The notes under the pieces were generated by a model. That model made no database searches and had not been told where the DNA came from. It worked only from the letters and a program-made list of their open reading frames with translations. The translations under genes were made by a program, and so were the position numbers. 64,000 bases of DNA from a virus (lineage: Duplodnaviria > Caudoviricetes): IMG/VR virus record IMGVR_UViG_2706795719_000001, positions 97,990 through 161,989 of that record. One strand, written 5' to 3'. Each line of letters starts with the position of its first letter. Positions within the stretch are counted from its first letter, which is position 1. Below are positions 1-9,211 of this stretch, piece after piece.

Positions 1-517
1 TTTTATGCAGGCTGAAGTCGTTAATAGAAATAAACGTCTTTATCCTAAAAAAATCTTAGAACAAGCCGTAGATAAATATATAAAAGAACAAGTTAATTCT
101 AAACAAGCTTTAGGCGAATTAAACCACCCACCACGGGCTTCTGTGGATCCAATGCAAGCTGCAATTTTAATAGAAAAACTTTGGTGGGAAGGTAATAATG
201 TCTATGGGAGAGCTAGAGTCATTGAAGGCGATTATGGCCCAGGAGATAAATTAGCAGCTAATATACGAGCTGGTTGGATTCCTGGCGTTAGTTCTCGTGG
301 ATTAGGATCTTTAAAATCTTCTGGAAAAGGTTATAACATTGTTCAAGAAGGGTATAGATTAACTGTGGGTGTGGATGTTGTATGGGGCCCTTCAGCACCT
401 GATGCAATGGTTACTCCTAAAAGGATTCAGGAATCAACAGATATTCCTAAAAATATAGAAAATAGTGCTGATAAGGCATTTTCTTTATTATCAAAACGTT
501 TAAAAGAAACGTTATAA
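1..517 (+). CDS. 21: prohead core protease gp21 (5' truncated)
   Basis: NRNKRLYP, ALGELNHP and GVSSRGLGS motifs; precedes gp22/gp23. Confidence 0.95.
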   Translation, partial: FMQAEVVNRNKRLYPKKILEQAVDKYIKEQVNSKQALGELNHPPRASVDPMQAAILIEKLWWEGNNVYGRARVIEGDYGPGDKLAANIRAGWIPGVSSRGLGSLKSSGKGYNIVQEGYRLTVGVDVVWGPSAPDAMVTPKRIQESTDIPKNIENSADKAFSLLSKRLKETL

Positions 518-520
518 ATA
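513..520 (+). promoter_or_regulatory. T4-type late promoter TATAAATA for gene 22
   Basis: exact late consensus 30 nt before gp22 ATG. Confidence 0.8.
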
Positions 521-549
521 ATTATGTAATTTAACAACAGGACTTAAAA

Positions 550-1341
550 ATGCTTAAAGAATTTTTAATTGAAGAAGCAGAGAAACTTAATGACGTTTCT
601 GTAGCTCTAGATGGCATTTTCGAATCAGTTGAATTGTCTGATGATGTAAAAGCCCAATTCAGTACTGTTTTCGAAACTGCGGTAAAATCTAATGCTATTA
701 AATTAGCAGAAAGCCATATCACTGAATTAATTGAAAAGGCTGAAACAAAAGAACAAGAGCTTAAAGAATCTATCCAAGAATCTGTAGAAAAAGAAATGGC
801 AGAAAACATTTCTAAATTTATGGATCATGTTTCACAAGAATGGTTAGAAGAAAATAAATTAGCTGTAACAAATGGTATTAAAGCTGATTTGTTTGAATCT
901 ATGTTCCAGAGTATTAAAACCGTAGTTATTGACCATAATATTATTCTTCCTGAAGAATCTGTAGATGTTGTCAAAGAAATGGAAGAAGAACTTGAAGAAA
1001 GTAAATCTGAAGTAGCTTCACTTTTCGATAAGACTGTATCTTTACAAGAAAAAGTAAACTCTCTTGAGAAAGAAAAAATTATCAAAGAACAAACTGCCGA
1101 GCTGACTGAATCCCAAAAAGAAAAAGTTGCTAATTTGATTGAAGGCATTGCTTATGGTGAAAAATTCAAATCTAGTTTAGAAGCTATTGTTTCTATGGTT
1201 TCTAAATCTACAGAAGAAAAAGCACCTATTTCTGAAGATATAAATAATGATGAGAGTGGTATGAACTATACCCCAGAAAAACCAGTCGTTAAAAACGACC
1301 CAATGAGTGTTTATACAGCTGCGGCTAAAAAAATCAATTAA
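550..1341 (+). CDS. 22: prohead core scaffold protein gp22
   Basis: MLKEFLIEEA start, acidic coiled coil, synteny. Confidence 0.95.
   Translation: MLKEFLIEEAEKLNDVSVALDGIFESVELSDDVKAQFSTVFETAVKSNAIKLAESHITELIEKAETKEQELKESIQESVEKEMAENISKFMDHVSQEWLEENKLAVTNGIKADLFESMFQSIKTVVIDHNIILPEESVDVVKEMEEELEESKSEVASLFDKTVSLQEKVNSLEKEKIIKEQTAELTESQKEKVANLIEGIAYGEKFKSSLEAIVSMVSKSTEEKAPISEDINNDESGMNYTPEKPVVKNDPMSVYTAAAKKIN
1239..1246 (+). promoter_or_regulatory. late promoter TATAAATA for gene 23
   Basis: exact consensus inside 3' end of gene 22. Confidence 0.75.
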
Positions 1342-1361
1342 TTTAATTTAAAGGTATTAAA

Positions 1362-2912
1362 ATGGAAATCAAAAATAAAGATGCATTAATCGAAAAATGG
1401 GGTGATTTTATGAACAACCCTGACCTTGGAGTTATTGAAGGTACTACTAAACAGGCTATTATGGCCAAAATCCTTGAAAACCAAGAAATGGACATTCATA
1501 AATCTCCAGAATATCGTGATGAAAAAATTGCAGAAGCTTTCGGCGATTTTTTAACCGAAGCCGAAGTTGGTGGTGACCATGGTTATGACGCTAGCAATAT
1601 TGCTATGGGTAAAACAAGTGGTGCCGTAACACAAATTGGACCTGCTGTAATGGGTATGGTACGTCGTTCATTCCCTAACATGATTGGTTTTGATATCGCT
1701 GGTGTTCAGCCAATGAATGGACCAACTGGTCAGTACTTCTCATTACGTTCTATTTACGGTGAAGATCCGTTAGCAAAAGATGCTAAAGAAGCATTCCATC
1801 CTATGTTTGCACCTGATGCAATGTACGGTGGTCGTGGTTCACACGAGAAATTTGAAAAAATCGAAGCCTCTAAAGAATTAACAGAAGGTAAAGTATATAC
1901 TTTCGAATTCACAGAAACTGGTACGGCCCATTTACAAGCAGTTGAAACTGTAACTATCGCAGATACAGAAGTTGAAGCCGATGTACTTAAGAATTTAGAA
2001 GCTGGTAAATTAGTAGAAATTGCTGAAGCAATGGCTACAAGTATTGCAGAATTACAAGAAAGTTTTAATAAGTCCAAAGATAACCCATGGGACGAAATGA
2101 CTTTCCGTATTGACAAACAGGTTGTTGAAGCCAAATCAAAACAACTTAAAGCAAGCTATTCTATTGAACTAGCACAAGATTTACGTGCAGTACATGGTAT
2201 GGATGCTGATGCTGAATTAAGTTCTATCCTTGCTACAGAAATTCTGTTAGAAATGAACCGTGAATTAGTTAACTGGATTAACTATACTGCTCAACCTGGT
2301 AAAACTGGTATGACTTTAACCATGGGTTCAAAAGCAGGTGTATTTGACTTCCAAGACCCAATCGATACACGTGGCGCACGTTGGGCGGGTGAAAGCTTTA
2401 AGGCTCTGTTATATCAAATTGATAAAGAAGCTGCAGAAATTGCACGTCAAACTGGACGTGGTGCTGGAAACTTCTTAATCGCTTCACGTAACGTTGTTAA
2501 TATCTTAGCCTCAGTGGATGTTAACGTTACTCCAGCTGCTCAAGGTTTAGCACGTGGTCTGAATACAGATACAACTAAAGCAGTATTTGCCGGTGTTCTT
2601 GGTGGTAAATATAAAGTTTATATTGACCAATATGCACGTCAAGACTACTTTACAGTAGGTTATAAAGGTGCTAACGAAATGGATGCTGGTATTTACTACT
2701 GCCCATACGTTGCATTAACACCATTACGTGGTAGTGATCCTAAGAACTTCCAACCAGTAATGGGCTTCAAAACACGTTATGGTATTGGTATTAACCCATT
2801 TGCTGATTCTCGTTCACAGTCTCCAAAAGACAGAATCACTTCTGGTATGCCATCACTGGATTCAATTGGTAAAAATGCTTACTTCCGACGTGTATGGGTT
2901 AAAGGTTGTTAA
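1362..2912 (+). CDS. 23: major capsid protein gp23
   Basis: FLTEAEVGGDHGY, YCPYVALTPLRGSDPKNFQPVMGFKTRYG, YFRRVWVKG motifs. Confidence 0.99.
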   Translation: MEIKNKDALIEKWGDFMNNPDLGVIEGTTKQAIMAKILENQEMDIHKSPEYRDEKIAEAFGDFLTEAEVGGDHGYDASNIAMGKTSGAVTQIGPAVMGMVRRSFPNMIGFDIAGVQPMNGPTGQYFSLRSIYGEDPLAKDAKEAFHPMFAPDAMYGGRGSHEKFEKIEASKELTEGKVYTFEFTETGTAHLQAVETVTIADTEVEADVLKNLEAGKLVEIAEAMATSIAELQESFNKSKDNPWDEMTFRIDKQVVEAKSKQLKASYSIELAQDLRAVHGMDADAELSSILATEILLEMNRELVNWINYTAQPGKTGMTLTMGSKAGVFDFQDPIDTRGARWAGESFKALLYQIDKEAAEIARQTGRGAGNFLIASRNVVNILASVDVNVTPAAQGLARGLNTDTTKAVFAGVLGGKYKVYIDQYARQDYFTVGYKGANEMDAGIYYCPYVALTPLRGSDPKNFQPVMGFKTRYGIGINPFADSRSQSPKDRITSGMPSLDSIGKNAYFRRVWVKGC

Positions 2913-2923
2913 TCTTTAATTTT

Positions 2924-2949
2924 AAATAGGGACTTCGGTCCCTATTTTT
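2924..2949 (+). terminator. intrinsic terminator after gene 23 (UUCG loop)
   Basis: aaatagggac-ttcg-gtccctattttt. Confidence 0.9.
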
Positions 2950-2971
2950 GCTTAAAAATCCGTGGTTGGAT

Positions 2972-2979
2972 TATAAATA
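2972..2979 (+). promoter_or_regulatory. late promoter TATAAATA for gene 24
   Basis: exact consensus upstream of gp24. Confidence 0.8.
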
Positions 2980-3005
2980 TTAGTATAACCAGAAGGAAAT
3001 TTAAT

Positions 3006-4256
3006 ATGACTGATAAGATTCAAAATTTATTGCGCGAATCAAGTACAACTGCGGGTTCTTCAAATGGACGTCCGGATCTTGTTGGATTAACTCGCGCAAC
3101 ACATGATTTAATATTCACTGATTTAATTGCTATTCAAAATACAAATCAGCCAGAAGCGACACTTTACGGTGTTAAATATTTAAATGACAATAACCAAATG
3201 AGTTTTATGACACCCGCTACATATTCAGGTGCTGTAAAATCTATAGAAAATATTGAAGAACTTGATGTATCAAAATCTTATTCTAAAGGTGATATGGTTA
3301 AATTAGATGAGGTGGTTTATAAAGTAGTACTAGATAACCCATTTAAAGATTTAGGTTCTTTACCAAAAGAAGAGGCTTTAGGCCAGGCCATTATTGATGG
3401 TTCAATTAGATTTATGTCAGAAGCGGCTTTAACAGGGCATTTTGAACAAAAAAATGTAGAAATTGCTGAAGCTTCTGTTAGATTAGATAGATGGAATATT
3501 CCTGTAAGAACTAGAAAAATTAAAACAGAATTAACCGTTGAATTTGCGCAAGATTTAAATTCAAGCCAATTTGAATCAGGTGCTGTAATTGATGACATGC
3601 TAGCTACTATTTTAGCTGAAGACGTAAACAAAGATGTTATTCAAAAAATAATGACTGTTTCTAGTCGATATAAAGTTAAAGGAATTTCTGATAAAGGAAT
3701 GTTAGATTTAACTAAAACGGATGTGGCCCCAGAACAAGGACGTACTTTATATCGATACATTTGTGAAATGAATGCTTCGATAGAAAGAAACACTACCTAT
3801 GATGGAACATATGTTTTGGCTAGTTCACGTTGTGCAGCTATTTTATCTGCTTCTGGTTGGATGGATATTAATCCAGATTATCCATTAGCGGCAGGAACAC
3901 TTAAAAATGGATTACCGGTTTATTCTGACCCATGGTCTCCTGTAGATTATGTTGTTGTCGGAACTAAACAAAATTTAGGTGAATTAGAACATGTTGGTTC
4001 ATTGTTCTACGCTCCTTATGTTGATTTTGATGGGGCTGGTGCATATAAATTGGTTGTTGACCCAGACAGTTTACAACCTAAATTGGCATTAATGGTACGT
4101 TATGGGCTTTCTATTAACCCGTACACAGTTATTGAAGTAGACGATAAACCACAAAAAGAATCTATGCTAGTTCAAGGAGATGACTGGGATAATTTAGTTG
4201 GTAAGTCTAAAATGTCTTATATCTTAGGTGTTCAATTACCTAAACTTATAGAATAA
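3006..4256 (+). CDS. 24: capsid vertex protein gp24
   Basis: LLRESSTT..GRPDL, SLFYAPY; gp23 paralogue following gp23. Confidence 0.95.
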   Translation: MTDKIQNLLRESSTTAGSSNGRPDLVGLTRATHDLIFTDLIAIQNTNQPEATLYGVKYLNDNNQMSFMTPATYSGAVKSIENIEELDVSKSYSKGDMVKLDEVVYKVVLDNPFKDLGSLPKEEALGQAIIDGSIRFMSEAALTGHFEQKNVEIAEASVRLDRWNIPVRTRKIKTELTVEFAQDLNSSQFESGAVIDDMLATILAEDVNKDVIQKIMTVSSRYKVKGISDKGMLDLTKTDVAPEQGRTLYRYICEMNASIERNTTYDGTYVLASSRCAAILSASGWMDINPDYPLAAGTLKNGLPVYSDPWSPVDYVVVGTKQNLGELEHVGSLFYAPYVDFDGAGAYKLVVDPDSLQPKLALMVRYGLSINPYTVIEVDDKPQKESMLVQGDDWDNLVGKSKMSYILGVQLPKLIE

Positions 4257-4291
4257 ATTTATTTAATTTCCGGTAATTTATTACCTTTTTT

Positions 4292-4313
4292 GGGAACTTA
4301 GGTTCCCTTTTTT
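4292..4313 (+). terminator. terminator between convergent gene 24 and SLOG gene
   Basis: gggaac-ttag-gttccc followed by T run. Confidence 0.7.
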
Positions 4314-4314
4314 A

Positions 4315-4878
4315 TTAAAAAAGCCAATCTAAACTAGGATCTGTATATCCTATCATTTCTTTAAATTCTTCCATTATCATAAAATTATTTAAATTATAGG
4401 TTTTAATCCCTAATGATCTAGCTAAATAAACAGCTGTTCTTGTACCACCAGAAACATTTCCAAATTTATCTTCAGGTGCCCAAAAAATAACGCTATCTAC
4501 AGGGTCTTCTAATGTAGGGCTTAATATTTGCATGCAATTTCGACATTGCAGATGTTTAACTGTTTTAGAACATGAATCTAATTTTGGATAGAACCTTCTT
4601 ATTATATTAGCACTTTTGTCTTGTAATTCTTTATTAAAATCTGTAAATACATGAATACCAGGTTCTTTATAGTGGTTATTAAATCCAAGGTGAGGAATAA
4701 TAATACATCTTAAATCATGACTATATTCCTTCATAAAATTGTAATCACTCCCAGGCGCACCTCCTGACAATCCTAGGACACCTTGATCTGATATGTATTT
4801 TCCACCCTTTATTAAAATATTATATAATTTAGTAGGAATTTCTCTTGACCCTATTAAAGCAACAGAATTTTTAATCAT
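4315..4878 (-). CDS. SLOG/DprA-like Rossmann-fold nucleotide-binding protein
   Basis: VALIGSR, SGGAPGSD, RNCMQIL, SGGTRTAVYLARSLGIKTYNL motifs. Confidence 0.75.
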   Translation of the reverse strand: MIKNSVALIGSREIPTKLYNILIKGGKYISDQGVLGLSGGAPGSDYNFMKEYSHDLRCIIIPHLGFNNHYKEPGIHVFTDFNKELQDKSANIIRRFYPKLDSCSKTVKHLQCRNCMQILSPTLEDPVDSVIFWAPEDKFGNVSGGTRTAVYLARSLGIKTYNLNNFMIMEEFKEMIGYTDPSLDWLF

Positions 4879-4889
4879 AATATACCCTA

Positions 4890-4907
4890 AAGGACCCGAA
4901 GGTCCTT
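4890..4907 (-). terminator. UUCG hairpin/terminator
   Basis: minus strand aaggacc-ttcg-ggtccttt. Confidence 0.6.
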
Positions 4908-4910
4908 CAT

Positions 4911-5087
4911 TTAAGATTTAACAATCAAAGCCGCAATAGTTGTAATAACAATTATAATAAGTAAAATACTTGCTGGGATCCATAATGGTGACAATACCCA
5001 CCACCAAGACCATGTAATTGTTCCAACAAGTTTAAGAACAACGAATATAAGAGTTAAAATTTGTAAAAACCCAATATTTAATTTCAT
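4911..5087 (-). CDS. small two-TM membrane protein
   Basis: LTLIFVVLKLVGTITWSWWWVLSPLW hydrophobic pattern; start moved to MKLNIG. Confidence 0.75.
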   Translation of the reverse strand: MKLNIGFLQILTLIFVVLKLVGTITWSWWWVLSPLWIPASILLIIIVITTIAALIVKS

Positions 5088-5088
5088 A

Positions 5089-5334
5089 TTACCACCCTGA
5101 TATATTAATGACATTAGAGTCGTATTGGGTACGTTTAACTTTAAGACCTTCTTCTTTTAGTACATTAATTACTGCTTCTTGGACTATATAAGAAGATTCG
5201 TCAAAGGCCCAATTTAAATCAGTGTGTCCTGATTTAGCCCTAAAAAGAAGTGAGTTTTTAATTTCGTTAAGTATAACTTTTGAAGCTAAATCTACTTGTT
5301 CATTTTTTACTTTAATAAGTGTATCAATTAACAT
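5089..5334 (-). CDS. hypothetical protein (paralogue of 8186-8419 and 8442-8663)
   Basis: AKSG..L..EG.KV..ISGW pattern. Confidence 0.65.
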   Translation of the reverse strand: MLIDTLIKVKNEQVDLASKVILNEIKNSLLFRAKSGHTDLNWAFDESSYIVQEAVINVLKEEGLKVKRTQYDSNVINISGW

Positions 5335-6329
5335 ATAATATTCACCCAATCTTTTCTAATAAATTCTTGAACTTCTTTTTGGATAGATTTTTTAATTAAA
5401 GATGGGTCATCATATTCTAAAATATCATTACCATCTTTAAGCATATCTTTAAGAATATCTTGCATCATTAGGCCTTGAACTTTACCAAAGTCTTTGGTTT
5501 TAACTTCACCAATATGACTTAATACATTAGATAGTCTTTGTTTTGTGATATATGCTGTAGCCGTATTGACAAGTTCCTGGTCATCATTTGACAATTCAAC
5601 AACTGGTTTTACTTTACGAACTTTTCCGGTTTCTTTAAATAATTCGTTTTTGCACTTAAATATAACACGACTTTTATTATTAAATTCTACAGGAAGTACT
5701 GGTTTTAATACATAACCTTCTGCGATATTATCTTTGCCTTTTGGTTGTGGACCAAAAATGGTTGAATTGGCTTCAGGAATACCATGTTCTTTAGCAATGC
5801 GGTTAAATTCAGGAATTAAACTATCAAACGCTCGTTCTAAATTGGACAAATTATCAAAATTACCTACAGTAATAACTGGACAAATTTTAAACCCATGTTT
5901 AGAAGAAAGGAATCTTATAAAAGCTGCATCAACTAAATTTCCATTAATTAGAATATCGAATACCCAAAAATCTTTTTCTTTATAATCAACTTCACGTTGA
6001 ATACCAGGGCCAGCGTATTCACCAAAAATTGTTAATTCTTCTAAATCGGGCATAGATTCTTTAAGAAAAGAATACATTTCTAAAATATTTGTTTTATACC
6101 GTTTAAGAATTAATTCATATCCAAAAAATGATTCAGTTTCGCCTATAACACTAGTTCGTTTAGCACATACTACATCTTTACCATCACAAATAAAACTAAA
6201 ATTAGTACCATGGACTTTTTCTTGAGCAATCCAAAAAATACCAGGAGAAGTAAATCCTTCAAAAAATGCTTTTTCAACTAATTTTTTGTTATCAATATTC
6301 TCAATAGAACCATATTTAATAAATTTCAT
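5328..6329 (-). CDS. rnlB: RNA ligase 2
   Basis: QEKVHGTNFS motif I, EGYVLKP, FKCKN. Confidence 0.95.
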   Translation of the reverse strand: MKFIKYGSIENIDNKKLVEKAFFEGFTSPGIFWIAQEKVHGTNFSFICDGKDVVCAKRTSVIGETESFFGYELILKRYKTNILEMYSFLKESMPDLEELTIFGEYAGPGIQREVDYKEKDFWVFDILINGNLVDAAFIRFLSSKHGFKICPVITVGNFDNLSNLERAFDSLIPEFNRIAKEHGIPEANSTIFGPQPKGKDNIAEGYVLKPVLPVEFNNKSRVIFKCKNELFKETGKVRKVKPVVELSNDDQELVNTATAYITKQRLSNVLSHIGEVKTKDFGKVQGLMMQDILKDMLKDGNDILEYDDPSLIKKSIQKEVQEFIRKDWVNIIC

Positions 6330-6330
6330 A

Positions 6331-6678
6331 TTATACCTTAAATAGTCTAATCTGTAGTTCTGAAGGAATTTCTGATGTGTATTTGATTTCTAAATTAAAT
6401 ACCCGTCCACTGTAAATAACTAATATTTGGTCTGGATTTTTCTCTGCCCAATCAATATTATCAGGTCCAATAATATTAAGCATCTCTAAATCAGAGAAGC
6501 AACTTAATGCAAAAGCTTTTTTTAGGAATGTATGTATATCAGCCCATTTAGTTTCATCACAAATGGCTGGTTTAGCAACTGATAATTTATGGGTATAACA
6601 TTCTTTATCACACCAACGTGTAAAAAATGCTTTCTGTTTTTCTTCTAAAGGAATAACCCCTGCTGTATACCAACCCAT
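6331..6678 (-). CDS. hypothetical protein
   Basis: ORF with SD in tight operon. Confidence 0.65.
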   Translation of the reverse strand: MGWYTAGVIPLEEKQKAFFTRWCDKECYTHKLSVAKPAICDETKWADIHTFLKKAFALSCFSDLEMLNIIGPDNIDWAEKNPDQILVIYSGRVFNLEIKYTSEIPSELQIRLFKV

Positions 6679-6687
6679 AATAACCCC

Positions 6688-6972
6688 TTACTTAGATGGA
6701 ACAATACGGAACTTATATTCGCCGCCATTGGTAAATTTAACTTCTAATTGGGTTGATTCACCAACATAAAGAACTAAAATTGAATTTTTATTAGAACGTA
6801 ACCAATCTTGATATTCTTCAAAAGCCTTGCGTAAAGATGGGACACTATTTTTATATCGTCCTAAAATAGTCCAAGAAAACTCACCAGAGCCCATCCATTT
6901 AGTTTTACGGCTATATTTTAAAAGGTCTTCAATATCAATACTCAGCCATGTTTTAAAATTTTCTTTAATCAT
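6688..6972 (-). CDS. hypothetical protein
   Basis: ATGA-coupled ORF; C-terminus weakly resembles 6331-6678 (ILV.Y.G...LE.K). Confidence 0.65.
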   Translation of the reverse strand: MIKENFKTWLSIDIEDLLKYSRKTKWMGSGEFSWTILGRYKNSVPSLRKAFEEYQDWLRSNKNSILVLYVGESTQLEVKFTNGGEYKFRIVPSK

Positions 6973-7160
6973 TTTCTTACCTTCATTCGTTTACGATAAA
7001 CAATCTTTTCTCTTGATTTAAATTCTTTCTGTTTTTCTTCTACTTCAATAAAAACAGTTGCCATTTCTTTAGCTGTACCACCCATTTTTCTTGCTATATC
7101 AACAAAGTGCATACCTTGTTCTCTAAGAAAATGGATTTTGATTTTATCATGATTTGTCAT
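6969..7160 (-). CDS. 24.3: T4 gp24.3-like conserved protein
   Basis: KIKIHFLRE.G..FVDIAR and EKIVYRKR; position. Confidence 0.75.
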   Translation of the reverse strand: MTNHDKIKIHFLREQGMHFVDIARKMGGTAKEMATVFIEVEEKQKEFKSREKIVYRKRMKVRK

Positions 7161-7320
7161 TATTTTCTTCAAAGTCTTTACAGATGCCAATAAGTTTTTT
7201 ATTTAACTCTTCAACAAATTCTGTTACCGATTCTGGGTACTCATCAAATAAAAAACATAGATACTCAGAATGTATTTCATGAGCAACTTGAGAAACCATA
7301 GACTTAAGTTCTTTGTTCAT
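7147..7320 (-). CDS. 57-aa hypothetical protein (not in ORF track)
   Basis: hand-translated MNKELKSMVSQVAHE...NDKS with GAGG SD; fills operon gap. Confidence 0.6.
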   Translation of the reverse strand: MNKELKSMVSQVAHEIHSEYLCFLFDEYPESVTEFVEELNKKLIGICKDFEENNDKS

Positions 7321-7322
7321 AA

Positions 7323-7757
7323 TCACCTCTCAATAATGTGTATTCTATCATCTAAAATATCAATAAGCACAGATTCAACGTTATCCCAATTTAAACCACC
7401 ATTAGAACACCCAGGTTTAGGTAGGAGAACTCTTTTAAAATTGTTATTAGATACTATATCCATAAGTTCTAAAGCACTCTGGCGTATCAGAGATATGTCA
7501 GATTTATCATACCAGTTATACTTGGTTGGAAATGAAATTAAACTTATGTTATTATATTTTGTTAGAACTCTACACACATGTCCATATTGGATTAATGATT
7601 TAGCCATAATAAGATCTAAATTATTAACCTTACAGGAAAAGAGCCGGGCTATACCAGCTCCCATTACAGCTCTTTTATTTTTCTTAATATTCATATTAGT
7701 GGTTATACATATTGCATCACATGGAATATTAAGAATATCACCTTTTATTATTTTCAT
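7323..7757 (-). CDS. macrodomain ADP-ribosylhydrolase (DarG-like)
   Basis: IIKGDIL, VMGAGIA, FPTKYNW, LPKPGCSNGGLNW motifs. Confidence 0.85.
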   Translation of the reverse strand: MKIIKGDILNIPCDAICITTNMNIKKNKRAVMGAGIARLFSCKVNNLDLIMAKSLIQYGHVCRVLTKYNNISLISFPTKYNWYDKSDISLIRQSALELMDIVSNNNFKRVLLPKPGCSNGGLNWDNVESVLIDILDDRIHIIER

Positions 7758-8176
7758 AAGGCCTGTTTAAGATGTTCAATAGCATTTAAAATTTCAGATG
7801 GTATTCCACCACGCGGATGATGATGAATATTGTCGCCATAATGTCTAAAATCCATACCAATTACACGAACTTTATACTTGGTTTCAGGCAAATGCTCATC
7901 TTTATAACTAGAACCCCATGTATTAGAGCTTGTAACTTCTTTTGTTTCAAAATAAGTACATCCACGATGACAATAATTATCCCAAAAATCAACATCTTTA
8001 TCAAATAATGGGTGATCTTCGCGAATTGTTAAATAAACAGCATAGGCCCAATCTGGATTTTCTTGAAATAACTTTTTGTATTCTACAGGCAATCCAACAT
8101 ACCAAGATGCTACTTCAATTGCTTCGCCTTTTTGAGTATCATTATGTACGGTAAAAACATATTTTAAAATATCCAT
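7754..8176 (-). CDS. hypothetical protein
   Basis: coupled ORF; HRGCTY and IGMDFRHYGD resemble a common phage family. Confidence 0.7.
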   Translation of the reverse strand: MDILKYVFTVHNDTQKGEAIEVASWYVGLPVEYKKLFQENPDWAYAVYLTIREDHPLFDKDVDFWDNYCHRGCTYFETKEVTSSNTWGSSYKDEHLPETKYKVRVIGMDFRHYGDNIHHHPRGGIPSEILNAIEHLKQAL

Positions 8177-8185
8177 ATCATTTCC

Positions 8186-8419
8186 TTAATAAGTCCAAGA
8201 AATTTTAACTCTGTCATGATATACCACTTTATCATGGTTTTTTGAAACTGTAAACCCATTTTTTGTCAAAATTTCAATAATATCTGATTTAATAGTCTCA
8301 TCTTCAGAAAGCTTGTAGTATATTTCTTTGCGGCCATCCATTGCTACTTCTCGGATGGCTTTAAAGATAAAACAGAGGTCTTTATCAATAACACTAGATT
8401 TAAGTTCTTCTACAGTCAT
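8186..8419 (-). CDS. hypothetical protein (tandem paralogue)
   Basis: start moved to MTVEEL (AAGG SD); similar to 8442-8663. Confidence 0.65.
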   Translation of the reverse strand: MTVEELKSSVIDKDLCFIFKAIREVAMDGRKEIYYKLSEDETIKSDIIEILTKNGFTVSKNHDKVVYHDRVKISWTY

Positions 8420-8441
8420 ATTATTAACCTTATAATCAAAA

Positions 8442-8663
8442 TTAGTATAAAGAAATTCTAATACATCCACGATAGTCGTCATTTCCATGGTTTTCCGATA
8501 TTTTATAACCTTTTTCTCCCAAAATATTATAGACCCATAACTCTATAATGGGATTTTCTGGAAGTTCATAATAAAGTTCTTTTTTACCACTTTGGGAAGC
8601 TTCTTTTATAGCGTTAAGAACATTTATTATTTCTCTTTGCACCATAATTTGTTGGATATTCAT
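8442..8663 (-). CDS. hypothetical early protein (tandem paralogue)
   Basis: GAGG SD, directly below an early promoter. Confidence 0.7.
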   Translation of the reverse strand: MNIQQIMVQREIINVLNAIKEASQSGKKELYYELPENPIIELWVYNILGEKGYKISENHGNDDYRGCIRISLY

Positions 8664-8692
8664 GTGTACCTCTTATAACGTAATTAGGTTTA

Positions 8693-8722
8693 AATATACT
8701 TCAAACAGGGTTTAATGTAAAC
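8693..8722 (-). promoter_or_regulatory. T4-type early promoter
   Basis: GTTTAC-18 nt-TATATT. Confidence 0.7.
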
Positions 8723-8753
8723 TACAAAATTACTTTTATTTCTCAAAAAAACA

Positions 8754-8782
8754 GTTTACATATGCTTTCAACATGATATTAT
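8754..8782 (+). promoter_or_regulatory. T4-type early promoter on the + strand
   Basis: A-tract, GTTTAC-17 nt-TATTAT with TG extension. Confidence 0.8.
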
Positions 8783-8820
8783 AGACATATCAAAACACAC
8801 AAACATAAATGGAGTATATA

Positions 8821-9180
8821 ATGACTAAATCACAAATTAACCAAATTTTAAAAACTTTAGGTTATGGTAATTTAAAATATGCTAACGGCAAATCAGTCAA
8901 AAATGGTACATCATTTGTTAAAGGTATAGAACTTCATTCAACAGGTCCAATGAATATCTCTGAACCACAATATGCCAAAATGGATAACTTAGTAAAAGAA
9001 TTATCATCTCATTTTAACAAAGAATATTATCACAACAGCCAAATAGCAGTTTTTACAACCTATGATTCTAAGTTAAAAATAATTATCTCAATGAGAGAAT
9101 TTAACACCTATGGATATGATAGATATGCTGATTCTGGATATTTAACACATTATGCTTCAATAGTTATAGAGAAAAATTAA
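8821..9180 (+). CDS. hypothetical early protein
   Basis: GGAG SD, own early promoter and terminator. Confidence 0.75.
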   Translation: MTKSQINQILKTLGYGNLKYANGKSVKNGTSFVKGIELHSTGPMNISEPQYAKMDNLVKELSSHFNKEYYHNSQIAVFTTYDSKLKIIISMREFNTYGYDRYADSGYLTHYASIVIEKN

Positions 9181-9182
9181 AC

Positions 9183-9211
9183 AAAAATGGGACCTTACGG
9201 TCCCATTTTTT
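9183..9211. terminator. bidirectional terminator between 8821 ORF and gene 54
   Basis: aaaaatgggacc-ttac-ggtcccattttt. Confidence 0.85.

Noticed and set aside
531-3631. Antisense ORFs inside genes 22, 23 and 24, and similar ones elsewhere (e.g. 12035-12889, 9187-9615, 49464-49841, 63307-63855)
   Set aside because: Shadow frames opposite well-conserved genes; Ser/Leu/Phe-rich, with no SD or promoter support
7270-7770. 166-aa + strand ORF
   Set aside because: Antisense to the macrodomain gene, which has clear family motifs
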